Below the pieces are notes generated by a model. It did not search any database. It saw only the letters and a list, made by a program, of their open reading frames with translations, and had not been told where the DNA came from. From a virus (Duplodnaviria > Caudoviricetes): a stretch of DNA of 53,289 bases. A program made the translations under genes and the position numbers. Within the stretch, counting starts at the first letter, position 1, and every line of letters starts with the position of its first letter. Below, one piece after another: positions 29,108-37,162 of the stretch. The stretch is taken from the IMG/VR virus record IMGVR_UViG_3300020473_000040, positions 1 through 53,289 of that record. One strand, given 5' to 3'.

Positions 29108-29950
29108 ATGAAAAGTTCTCACAATAAAAAAAGAAACGTTGGAGTAATATATGAACTCCTACTAAGATATGTTTCTGATCGTCTTGTCTCTGGAAATAAC
29201 AGTGATGCTCAGGTCGGTTTAAATATTATTGAAAAATATTTTAACGAAGGAACAGAGCTCTATAAAGAGTTTAGGCTTTTTAATGCACTTGCAAAGTCAA
29301 CTGTAAGCACAACAACTGTGGCAGCAGCAATTCTAACAGAGGCAAAGGGTGCTGCCAGAAGATGCAATTCTGGCCTCTTGGATATTGAGAAATCAGGCTT
29401 AATTAGAGAGATCAACTATAATATTGATGATAAAGAATTTTATCACAGAAGAATCCCAGACTATAAGATGTATGCAACCATTCAGACTCTCTTAAATGAA
29501 TGGAGGCGAGGTGATTTATCAAATCTTTCCATGGTTGCTGTATATGAATCTAGAGTAGTTGAAAATCTTCTTGAGGAAAATAAGGACAAAGATCCAAGCG
29601 ACTATGTAGATCCAAACATTGACAACCTTGTTGTTAAGATTATGACAGAGAAGTTTAATAAAAAGTATCGAGAAAAGCTTAATGAAGAACAGAAAGATAT
29701 TATTAAAACTTACGTATTTTCAATGTCAAATGACAATGGTGTAACAATAAGAGAAAGACTTACTCGAGTAAAGACAGATACGATCAGCCAGCTAGATGAA
29801 CTTCGTGGGACATCCAGCAGCGCTGTCATCTTGGAAAAAATAAGCGATGTAAAGAAAAATATTCTAGAGGCTAAGATGGATACAATTGATGATTCTTGTA
29901 TATCTAGATTTCTTCTAATATCTAAGCTCAAGTTTGAGCTTATGGAGTAG
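29108..29950 (+). CDS. Hypothetical helical protein between portal and prohead protease (280 aa), possible prohead core component
   Basis: Abuts the portal stop (TAGATG). N-terminus HNKKRNVGVIYELL and several L-x-E motifs. Function inferred from position only. Confidence 0.65.
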   Translation: MKSSHNKKRNVGVIYELLLRYVSDRLVSGNNSDAQVGLNIIEKYFNEGTELYKEFRLFNALAKSTVSTTTVAAAILTEAKGAARRCNSGLLDIEKSGLIREINYNIDDKEFYHRRIPDYKMYATIQTLLNEWRRGDLSNLSMVAVYESRVVENLLEENKDKDPSDYVDPNIDNLVVKIMTEKFNKKYREKLNEEQKDIIKTYVFSMSNDNGVTIRERLTRVKTDTISQLDELRGTSSSAVILEKISDVKKNILEAKMDTIDDSCISRFLLISKLKFELME

Positions 29951-29952
29951 TG

Positions 29953-30573
29953 ATGGGTAGTGAAGATAAGTTGAAGCTATTGACCGAATGGATGCCTCTT
30001 ACCTATAGTGCTGAGACGATTAAGGAGGACATGCAGAGGAATGGAGGAAAGATTCTCCTAAAGGGTGTTCTTCAAAAGTCTGACACCTTAAATCAAAATG
30101 GTAGAGTATATCCAAGATCTATTTTGGAAAGAGAGATAAGAAATTATCAAAAGTTTATTCGAGAGAATAGAGCCTTAGGAGAGTGTGATCATCCTGATAG
30201 CTCTGTGGTTGAGCTTAAGAATGCATCTCATATTGTAAGAGAGGCGTATATGAAGGATGATGTTTGCTATGGGACAGTTGAACTGCTCGACACCCCTAGT
30301 GGAAAAATCTTACAAAGCCTTGTCCAGTCTGGAGTGACGCTGGGGATATCTTCAAGAGGTGTCGGAACCACAAGAAATCAAGGAGAGGCACAGGTTGTTC
30401 AAGATGATTTTCAGCTAATATGTTTCGACATGGTTTCAGAACCCTCTACTCCGGGAGCATTTATGATGAATGAGGGAAGAGAGGTAAAAAGAGGTGATCT
30501 TGATAAAGTTTTTACCAAGAGCGACAGAGTCGATAGAATATTTAATGAAATACTTTCATGGAGAGATGAATAA
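29953..30573 (+). CDS. Prohead core protein protease (T4 gp21-like)
   Basis: Motifs NQNGRVY, ALGECDHP, GISSRGVG and FDMVSEPS. The GGAG RBS favours ATG 29953, but GTG 29950 is possible. Confidence 0.93.
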   Translation: MGSEDKLKLLTEWMPLTYSAETIKEDMQRNGGKILLKGVLQKSDTLNQNGRVYPRSILEREIRNYQKFIRENRALGECDHPDSSVVELKNASHIVREAYMKDDVCYGTVELLDTPSGKILQSLVQSGVTLGISSRGVGTTRNQGEAQVVQDDFQLICFDMVSEPSTPGAFMMNEGREVKRGDLDKVFTKSDRVDRIFNEILSWRDE

Positions 30574-31019
30574 TGGGACAATATTGGCCTAAAGCTGCTG
30601 GACCCAACTTTGTTCCAGCATATCAGATATCGGGGGTACCCTTTGTTTTTACCACCTTAAGTCTAGCTGCATCCAATGGCACACCTTTGGAGATTAAATT
30701 TCCCGCTGTCACACGGTGGATAATGATATCTGCCAAGGACGCTGCAGCCAATGCTGTTAGGATTGGGTTTAGTGTAAACGGAGTCAAGGCAAATCCATCT
30801 GCTGCTAAATATTACTATCTCCTACAGCTTCAGGAAGATGGAAAGACTGGAAGCAGATTTACAGCCTCTACAGGTCGTATGGAGATAAGAACCAAGTCTC
30901 TATTTCTCATAGCCAACGAAACAAATACTATTGACGAAGTGTCGATTGTAGCTGGATTGACTCAGATAGATGAGTTTCCCGTTCTTACTGGAAGTAATGG
31001 GTTTACTGGAGTTGGATAA
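30573..31019 (+). CDS. Hypothetical beta-rich putative virion protein (148 aa)
   Basis: TAATG overlaps on both sides. Contains 'YQISGVPF...FPAVTRWIMI'. Lies in the head cluster. Confidence 0.65.
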   Translation: MGQYWPKAAGPNFVPAYQISGVPFVFTTLSLAASNGTPLEIKFPAVTRWIMISAKDAAANAVRIGFSVNGVKANPSAAKYYYLLQLQEDGKTGSRFTASTGRMEIRTKSLFLIANETNTIDEVSIVAGLTQIDEFPVLTGSNGFTGVG

Positions 31020-31552
31020 TGGCAAAGCTTTCTAGAACAGAGCTTAAGGGAATAGTAAAGGAGTGCCTTGTTGAGATTCTTAATGAGGGAATGATGGCAA
31101 CTGATCACAGCAGCCAGATGAATCTGACAGAATCCAAGTCACGAAGTGTTAACAGAGATTTTTCATCGACGCACAGCGGTATGGTCAAATCTCCTTCAAA
31201 AGCTAGACAGCCTACCTCTCCTCGGAGATCTGCTCTTGACTCTATAACGTATGGAATTGATCAAAAGAAACCTGTTAATGAAAATTTTGACAATAATGTT
31301 AACAGTGCTGTTAATGTCCTAACAAGTGATCCTACAATGCAATCGATATTTCAGGATACTGCAAGGACGACTTTACAAAATCAAACACAGGCAACCATGT
31401 CAGAAAGCTCTCGTACATCACATGAAGCTGCCATTATGACCCAGGGAGATGCAGCTGCTAGAAAAGCTGCTGCTTCTGATCCAATGAATATGTTCTCAGG
31501 AGCTTCAGATAAGTGGGCTGCTCTGGCATTTTCTCAAACTCCTAGCAAGTAG
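31019..31552 (+). CDS. Hypothetical head-cluster protein (177 aa)
   Basis: N-terminal 'KLSRTELKGIVKECLVEILNEG' helix and C-terminal 'DKWAALAF'. Confidence 0.7.
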   Translation: MAKLSRTELKGIVKECLVEILNEGMMATDHSSQMNLTESKSRSVNRDFSSTHSGMVKSPSKARQPTSPRRSALDSITYGIDQKKPVNENFDNNVNSAVNVLTSDPTMQSIFQDTARTTLQNQTQATMSESSRTSHEAAIMTQGDAAARKAAASDPMNMFSGASDKWAALAFSQTPSK

Positions 31553-31617
31553 ATTGAACATTTTTAATATTGGATAATATGTATACTTGTAGTTCACACT
31601 CACTACAGGAGAATTTA

Positions 31618-31854
31618 ATGTCTGATGTTAAAAAACTTACTACTTCTCGTCTAAAACAGCTTGTCATGGAAGAGAAGAGGAAGCTCAATGTGAGTGCAGA
31701 TGAAGTCGATGCTAAAGATATGGCAAATACCTTGGCTAAAAATGTTGACTATCTAAAGGCACTCAAGATTCACGAGGCTAGGCTTACAAGCAAGCTTAAA
31801 AAAGTCATAAAAGAAAAAAATAGAGTTAAGAAGAAAATCATAGGAGATCTCTAA
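31618..31854 (+). CDS. Small basic coiled-coil head-cluster protein (78 aa)
   Basis: The AGGAG RBS places the start at ATG 31618 (MSDVKKLTTSRLKQLVMEEK). Confidence 0.7.
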   Translation: MSDVKKLTTSRLKQLVMEEKRKLNVSADEVDAKDMANTLAKNVDYLKALKIHEARLTSKLKKVIKEKNRVKKKIIGDL

Positions 31855-31855
31855 T

Positions 31856-32389
31856 ATGCCTACCCACAAGCAGGCTACTGTTACCTCCTTTGGTCCGGCC
31901 GGTGAAGGCGGAATGGGAAGCAGAAAGCAGTCAAACTTAAATGCCCTCTTTCCCTCATCACCAATGTATACGGGCGATTATAATGAAGAGTCAGTTCTTA
32001 ATATTGGAATTTCTGCGCTCAATGGTGCAGGCGGTTCCGGCGACAGCACTTCAGGAGTTTCAAAAGGCGTTGTAAATGATGGCGGCCATACCTTTGGAAC
32101 TTTTAGCTTAAACTATGACAGTGCACCCGATCAGGGAGATGTTAAGACTGGCGGAGGTGGCTTGCCTGCCTCTCCCTATATGCCCAATCCCACATCGCCC
32201 GGTCCTGGAAGTATCTTTCCAAACGATCAAGATGAGTTTACAGGTGAGCTTCCTGATCCAGGCGTTGAATTTGGATCCGGGCTTGGCGGTCTCACAAGCC
32301 CATCTTCGACTGCTAAGGGAATCTCAAGTCAAACTCTCGGGTCGTATATCTCTGGAAGGTCTTACGAGGGCTCTGACGGGCAGGTGTAG
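31856..32389 (+). CDS. Gly/Ser/Pro-rich hypothetical protein (177 aa)
   Basis: AGGAG RBS inside the upstream gene end. Low-complexity, probably extended structure. Confidence 0.7.
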   Translation: MPTHKQATVTSFGPAGEGGMGSRKQSNLNALFPSSPMYTGDYNEESVLNIGISALNGAGGSGDSTSGVSKGVVNDGGHTFGTFSLNYDSAPDQGDVKTGGGGLPASPYMPNPTSPGPGSIFPNDQDEFTGELPDPGVEFGSGLGGLTSPSSTAKGISSQTLGSYISGRSYEGSDGQV

Positions 32390-32391
32390 TT

Positions 32392-33039
32392 TTGCGTCGC
32401 AGGCGTTCACAGGATAGTTTGTCTCTTTTACTGGAAATAAAGGGCCCTCCTGCTACAGCGTATACGCCCTATGATGACAGAAAAGGTTCTGGATATGGAA
32501 CAACAGATCCGCAATTTGATATTACTTATCAAAAAGGTTCACAGTATCCATACACTGAGCCCCCAGACGATCTAGATGACGTCGATTCACCGTTTGAAGA
32601 AGAGCCTGATAGCCTGGATAGATTTGTTAGAATGGTCAATCTAGGTGTGTTTAGAAATGACCCGTCTAGGCGACAAGATAGGGCATCATTTGTATCAAAT
32701 CAAAGAATTAGAATTCCTGAGTCTGGAATTGCTATGAGAAAGGGTGACAGCCTACACGGTACAATTTCACCCATTCCAAAGAAAACGCTGTATAAATCAT
32801 TCGACGGTCCTGCAGTCGGAGGATCTTCTTCAAACACAGCGTTTAATCCTGGTACTTATAAAAGAACCGGAACGCAGTTCGGAACATCAAGAGCCCCTAA
32901 GTGGCTAGGGTCCGAAGAGGATGACCCGAGTGAGGACATGTCTGCATATACTCTGGAGGATATCCTCCATCCAGATGTTAAGGCGGTTGCAAGAGCCCAG
33001 GTATCAGCAAGAAAATCAAAAAGAAAGGGTCAAAAATAA
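32392..33039 (+). CDS. Pro/Gly-rich hypothetical protein (about 215 aa), start uncertain
   Basis: Fills the gap before the scaffold gene in operon orientation. TTG start 2 nt after the upstream stop, with only a weak AGGT RBS. Confidence 0.6.
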   Translation: MRRRRSQDSLSLLLEIKGPPATAYTPYDDRKGSGYGTTDPQFDITYQKGSQYPYTEPPDDLDDVDSPFEEEPDSLDRFVRMVNLGVFRNDPSRRQDRASFVSNQRIRIPESGIAMRKGDSLHGTISPIPKKTLYKSFDGPAVGGSSSNTAFNPGTYKRTGTQFGTSRAPKWLGSEEDDPSEDMSAYTLEDILHPDVKAVARAQVSARKSKRKGQK

Positions 33040-33079
33040 ACTTAAGTTGAATTGTCTTTGTAGTTTATAACTGTGTGAA

Positions 33080-33086
33080 ATAATTA
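33080..33086 (+). promoter_or_regulatory. Putative late-promoter motif ATAnTTA (ATAATTA)
   Basis: 19 nt upstream of the scaffold ATG 33106, with a GAGGAG RBS. Confidence 0.55.
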
Positions 33087-33105
33087 AACATGTTGAGGAG
33101 CAAAA

Positions 33106-34527
33106 ATGTCTAATACACTGTATGATGAAGCAATTGCTGACGCAAGACTTCTGAGAGAGGTTGCAGAGAAAAATGCAAAGCAAGCTATCATTGAATCTGT
33201 GACTCCAAAAATTAGAAAGTTTATAGAAGATCAGCTAATTAAAGAGCACTTGCAAAATGATGATCAAGATTTAGAAGATTCTAAAACTAGAAGTCACAGT
33301 CGAGAAGACGTTATTCTTGATGAGTCTGCGCTGGGTGCACTTATGGCATTAGTGGAGTCTAATAATACGTCATATCGAAATGCTTTTCAAGAATCAGCTT
33401 CAATGTTAAGCAATAAAGACCATAATAAACTTTTAGAAATAACTAGAAAGCTCAAAGAAGATGCAGGAACTTTATCTTCTGATGACATAGTTATAGGACA
33501 GGAATTAAATTCTATTAATATTAAGGAGAATTCTAACATGTCGAGAAACAGCGAGACACTTTATGAAGTCGATCTCAGAGACATCGTAAACAGCCTTCAT
33601 GAGGGAAGAGATGATGATAGCAAGGATGCCCATGAAGGTGGCGATCCAGGTGAGGAGGCTGATCTAAAGGAGCTCTGGGCTCTTCTTGAACAGGATGAGG
33701 AGCCCCCTCTTGACGCTATGCCGCCAGAGGATGAAGCTCCAATGGATGATCTTGCTCCTGCCGAGGATGAAGGACCTGAGCTTCCTCCAGATATTGACGC
33801 CGCTATCGGCGATCTTGAGCTAGCTATTGCTGATGCCCTAGAGGGTGGAGCTGCACCTGAGGATGCGGAGGCGCTTCCCGCTGACGTTGGAGGCGAAGAA
33901 GAACCAGAAGCCCTTGAAGAGATGGTTGATGTTGATCTCAATATGCTTAGAACAGAAATTAGAAGAATGAGACGTCTCTCTGAGGGCGGCGAAGAAGGTG
34001 GTGACAGCTCTGTCGAAGAGATGTATCATGAGGCTGATGAAGATGATGATGCCCCACCAGAAAAGCCCAAGGCAGAAGGGGAGAAGGGAGACGTCCAGAC
34101 AGAGAATCGTAAACTACGTAGAGCAGTCTTAAATCATGGCCGGAATAATCGAGTCATGCGCTCTAAGCTCGATGAATACAGAAGCGCAGTTGAATCGCTT
34201 CGTGAGCAACTAACAGAAATGAACCTATTCAATGCGAAGCTGCTTTATGTTAATAAGATGCTTCAGAATAGAGACGTTTCTTCGACACAGCGTCGATCCA
34301 TAATTGAAGCTCTAGATAGTGCTCGTAGTCTTAGAGAGGTAAAGCTCCTCTATAAGAGCCTTACAGAGTCTATCCAGAAGAGAAAGAATGGAAGAACGCT
34401 AAATGAATCTGCGGTCCGGAGAAATCTAGGCTCTGCATCTCGACCCACAGGACGGTCATCAGCTGGTAGTAATGAATCATCTGAGATCAACCGATGGGCG
34501 GTGCTCGCAGGAATTAATAACAAGTAA
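33106..34527 (+). CDS. Putative prohead scaffolding protein (T4 gp22-like position)
   Basis: Directly upstream of the major capsid gene. Very acidic, Pro-rich centre and C-terminal coiled coil 'LREQLTEMNLFNAKLLY', ending 'RWAVLAGI'. Confidence 0.75.
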   Translation: MSNTLYDEAIADARLLREVAEKNAKQAIIESVTPKIRKFIEDQLIKEHLQNDDQDLEDSKTRSHSREDVILDESALGALMALVESNNTSYRNAFQESASMLSNKDHNKLLEITRKLKEDAGTLSSDDIVIGQELNSINIKENSNMSRNSETLYEVDLRDIVNSLHEGRDDDSKDAHEGGDPGEEADLKELWALLEQDEEPPLDAMPPEDEAPMDDLAPAEDEGPELPPDIDAAIGDLELAIADALEGGAAPEDAEALPADVGGEEEPEALEEMVDVDLNMLRTEIRRMRRLSEGGEEGGDSSVEEMYHEADEDDDAPPEKPKAEGEKGDVQTENRKLRRAVLNHGRNNRVMRSKLDEYRSAVESLREQLTEMNLFNAKLLYVNKMLQNRDVSSTQRRSIIEALDSARSLREVKLLYKSLTESIQKRKNGRTLNESAVRRNLGSASRPTGRSSAGSNESSEINRWAVLAGINNK

Positions 34528-34554
34528 ATTCATCAAACTTAGGAGTAAATTAAG

Positions 34555-36492
34555 ATGAGTAAATCCTTTACGTTAAATCAGCTAACAGAAGGCATTCGCC
34601 AGCGTCACCTCGGTACGCAGAATAGGCGCCTTGTGGAGAAGTGGTCCCGCACCGGTCTCCTGAGAGGTCTTGACGGTCAAAACCGTGAGACAATGGCTAG
34701 CCTTCTTGAGAATCAGGCTGCACAGCTTCTTAGAGAGGCTAATTCAATCGGTACAGGCGCAGGAGCTGGAACAGCTTCAGGTGACCTTAACGGTTTCACA
34801 AACATTGCATTCCCAATCGTTCGTCGTGTTTTCGGCGGCCTTGTTGCGAATGAGCTAGTTTCAATCCAGCCCATGAGCCTTCCTTCCGGACTGCTCTTCT
34901 ATCTGGATTACACCTACGGAACACGCCGTGGTGGTGATGCTAACATCAAGACAGGCGCTGCTGGAGTAGCTGGTGCTGAGACCTATGATGTCGGTCAGTC
35001 CATCTACAACCTTCCTTCAGGAAAAGGTGTTCAGTCAGGATCAACCGCCACAGGTGGTCAATATGATCTAGTTGGATCAGGATATTCCAAGGTTCACACG
35101 TCTTCAGTTATGGATCTCACCTGGGTTGCTGCTTCAGGTGCTTATGGAAATAGCGCTTCTACAATTACTGCCAAGGTAAAGGCAGTTGCAACAGGTACAG
35201 ATGGTAAGCTTCTACAGTTCGATCCACAGCTCACCTCTCTAATTGAGGATGACCCTGGTCAAAGCGGACTTGGACGTTTCTCATTCCTCCTGCTCAATCT
35301 AAGCAAGTTCCCAGCTAGCATTGACCTAACACAGGCCAAGGAAGTTGGTATCTTCTCACAGACAACTGCTGGTTCTGCTACAGAGATGGCATTTGGAAAT
35401 GTTCCAGCCTCAATCCAGGGTGGCTCAAACATCAAGAACGTTCGTCGTCTAAACCAGATCGGTACCTGGGATTCATCAGCCGGAGCATTCACTAGTGATC
35501 CTTTCGCTACTAGAACTACCGCCAACGCTGTTCTCTTGACAGTTATGACGGGTTGTGATGAGTCTGATAGATTGGATAACAGCCAGCTGAATCTAACAGC
35601 TTCGTTCGTTATCTCACCAACACTGGGCGTTGATAGCTCTGACGGTTCAACTCTAACGATTCCATCGTTTGAGTCGGATTTCGGATCAGCTTCACCCTCA
35701 CCAATGATCCCCGAGATCGACATCAAGATCGAGTCAATTGCTGTTACAGCGGTAACCCGTAAGCTTCGTGCTCGCTGGTCACCAGAGCTCGCTCAGGACC
35801 TGAACGCCTACCACAGCCTTGACGCTGAGGTTGAGCTCACCCAGATCCTCTCCGAGCAGGTTGCACTCGAGATCGATAGAGAGATCTTGAATGATCTACT
35901 TACACAGGCACAGGGCGCTAACTACTACTGGTCACGTCTACCTGGTAAGTTTGTGAACAAGAAGTCGGGAGCAGCTGCTGACAAGGCAAGCTCACTTTCT
36001 TCCGGTCCTCAGTTCACTGGTACAGTCCGTGAGTGGTACGAGACCCTGGTTGAGACCATCATCGATGTTGCTAACGAGATCCACAGAAAGACACTTCGTG
36101 GTTCCGCCAACTTCATCGTGACCTCTCCAGAAGTTTCTACAATCTTCGAGGCATCAGTGCTCTACAAGCCAGCCCTCAAGATCGACGGCGACGGACAGGT
36201 CGGCGCTCCATTCTCACTGGGTGCAGCTTCAATCGGCTCTCTAAGCAACCGCTTCACAGTCTACAAGGACCCTTACTTCCCACGGAATAAGGTCCTCGTC
36301 GGATACAAGGGTGGAAGCTACCTAGAGACAGGTTACGTATACGCACCTTACGTTCCGCTGATCGTCACTCCTACTATCTTCCAGCCGGAAGACTTCACAC
36401 CCCGTAAGGGCGTGATGACCCGATACGGCAAGAAGATGGTTCGTGGTGACTTCTACGGTACAGTTACAGTTATGGATATGGACGTTATCTAA
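34555..36492 (+). CDS. Major capsid protein (T4 gp23-like, 645 aa)
   Basis: Motifs LLENQ, 'PIVRRVF..LVANELVSIQPMS.PSGLLFYL', 'RKLRARWSPELAQDLNAYHSLDAEVEL', 'EIDREI' and 'GYVYAPYVPL...FTPRKGVMTRY'. Codon usage typical of high expression. Confidence 0.97.
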   Translation: MSKSFTLNQLTEGIRQRHLGTQNRRLVEKWSRTGLLRGLDGQNRETMASLLENQAAQLLREANSIGTGAGAGTASGDLNGFTNIAFPIVRRVFGGLVANELVSIQPMSLPSGLLFYLDYTYGTRRGGDANIKTGAAGVAGAETYDVGQSIYNLPSGKGVQSGSTATGGQYDLVGSGYSKVHTSSVMDLTWVAASGAYGNSASTITAKVKAVATGTDGKLLQFDPQLTSLIEDDPGQSGLGRFSFLLLNLSKFPASIDLTQAKEVGIFSQTTAGSATEMAFGNVPASIQGGSNIKNVRRLNQIGTWDSSAGAFTSDPFATRTTANAVLLTVMTGCDESDRLDNSQLNLTASFVISPTLGVDSSDGSTLTIPSFESDFGSASPSPMIPEIDIKIESIAVTAVTRKLRARWSPELAQDLNAYHSLDAEVELTQILSEQVALEIDREILNDLLTQAQGANYYWSRLPGKFVNKKSGAAADKASSLSSGPQFTGTVREWYETLVETIIDVANEIHRKTLRGSANFIVTSPEVSTIFEASVLYKPALKIDGDGQVGAPFSLGAASIGSLSNRFTVYKDPYFPRNKVLVGYKGGSYLETGYVYAPYVPLIVTPTIFQPEDFTPRKGVMTRYGKKMVRGDFYGTVTVMDMDVI

Positions 36493-36513
36493 GATAGCAC
36501 CTAGTCTAAAGCT

Positions 36514-36546
36514 GAGGCGGCTCTTCGGAGCCGCCTCTTTTTATTT
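36514..36546 (+). terminator. Rho-independent terminator after the capsid gene, cUUCGg tetraloop
   Basis: GAGGCGGCTC-TTCG-GAGCCGCCTC, a perfect 10-bp stem followed by TTTTTATTT. The T-tract overlaps the stop codon of the convergent oxygenase gene. Confidence 0.92.
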
Positions 36547-37113
36547 AAATGTGGGTCCGTGAACCCACCCCACCAGACAATATCTAAAGCCAGAAACAAC
36601 TTCACTCACTCTGTGAGAGATAAAAGAGGGAAACATCGTTGCCGACCCTTGAAGCCTAACTCCATGACCCTGGTCCATTGACTCAATTATAAGATTTCCT
36701 CCATCGTATAACTCAGGATCACTAAGCTGTATTATGAACGAAATTTTTCTACTTGCCGCTGTCGGTGTATTTCCAATGTCCATATGCCATCCAGAATAGT
36801 GGTCACCGGAAACATATTTCATTATTTGAATCTCCATTCTCTCTGTAATGTTAAAATTCCAGAATTGAGAATTTGCCTCTCTTATCGCATCTGACATGTC
36901 GGATAAATATTTTAAGATAAAGTCATGATTTTCCGACAAGCTGATGATAGAAGACCTTCGGATTTCCGAGTCAGTTACAATCTCACTGTCTCGACCGACC
37001 TTGGTCTGAATCCAGTCAGATGAATTCTCATAGAGAGATATAATCTCTTGACACTTTTCCTGGCTAAATAGTTTAAAATTAACAACGTCTGCAACATGAA
37101 GATTTTCTTTCAT
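36541..37113 (-). CDS. 2OG-Fe(II) oxygenase (prolyl-hydroxylase/PKHD-like)
   Basis: HxD (WHMD), RKIS, YDGG, 'FPSF..HRV' and the 2OG-binding Arg in 'GFRYCLVGW'. GAGGA RBS 7 nt upstream on the minus strand. The only credible minus-strand gene in the window. Confidence 0.92.
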   Translation of the reverse strand: MKENLHVADVVNFKLFSQEKCQEIISLYENSSDWIQTKVGRDSEIVTDSEIRRSSIISLSENHDFILKYLSDMSDAIREANSQFWNFNITERMEIQIMKYVSGDHYSGWHMDIGNTPTAASRKISFIIQLSDPELYDGGNLIIESMDQGHGVRLQGSATMFPSFISHRVSEVVSGFRYCLVGWVHGPTFK

Positions 37114-37126
37114 TTTGTCTTCCTCG

Positions 37127-37160
37127 TTTACATTTTATCATATTTTTAATAATTTTTCAT
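37127..37160. promoter_or_regulatory. Overlapping divergent sigma70-like promoters
   Basis: Plus strand: TTTACA(37127-37132)-N17-TAATTT(37150-37155), with ATG 37163 7 nt downstream. Minus strand: ATGAAA(37160-37155)-N17-TAAAAT(37137-37132) with a TGn extension. Confidence 0.5.
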
Positions 37161-37162
37161 CA

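Noticed and set aside
33590-34100. Quasi-repetitive GAG/GAT/CCT-rich DNA in the scaffold gene
   Set aside because: Explained by a low-complexity acidic, Pro-rich protein linker; no discrete tandem repeat unit.
36541-37113. Lone minus-strand gene as a possible inversion, invertible segment or assembly error
   Set aside because: It has its own correctly oriented RBS and promoter-like sequence, its stop dovetails with the capsid terminator, and no flanking inverted repeats or recombinase are visible.
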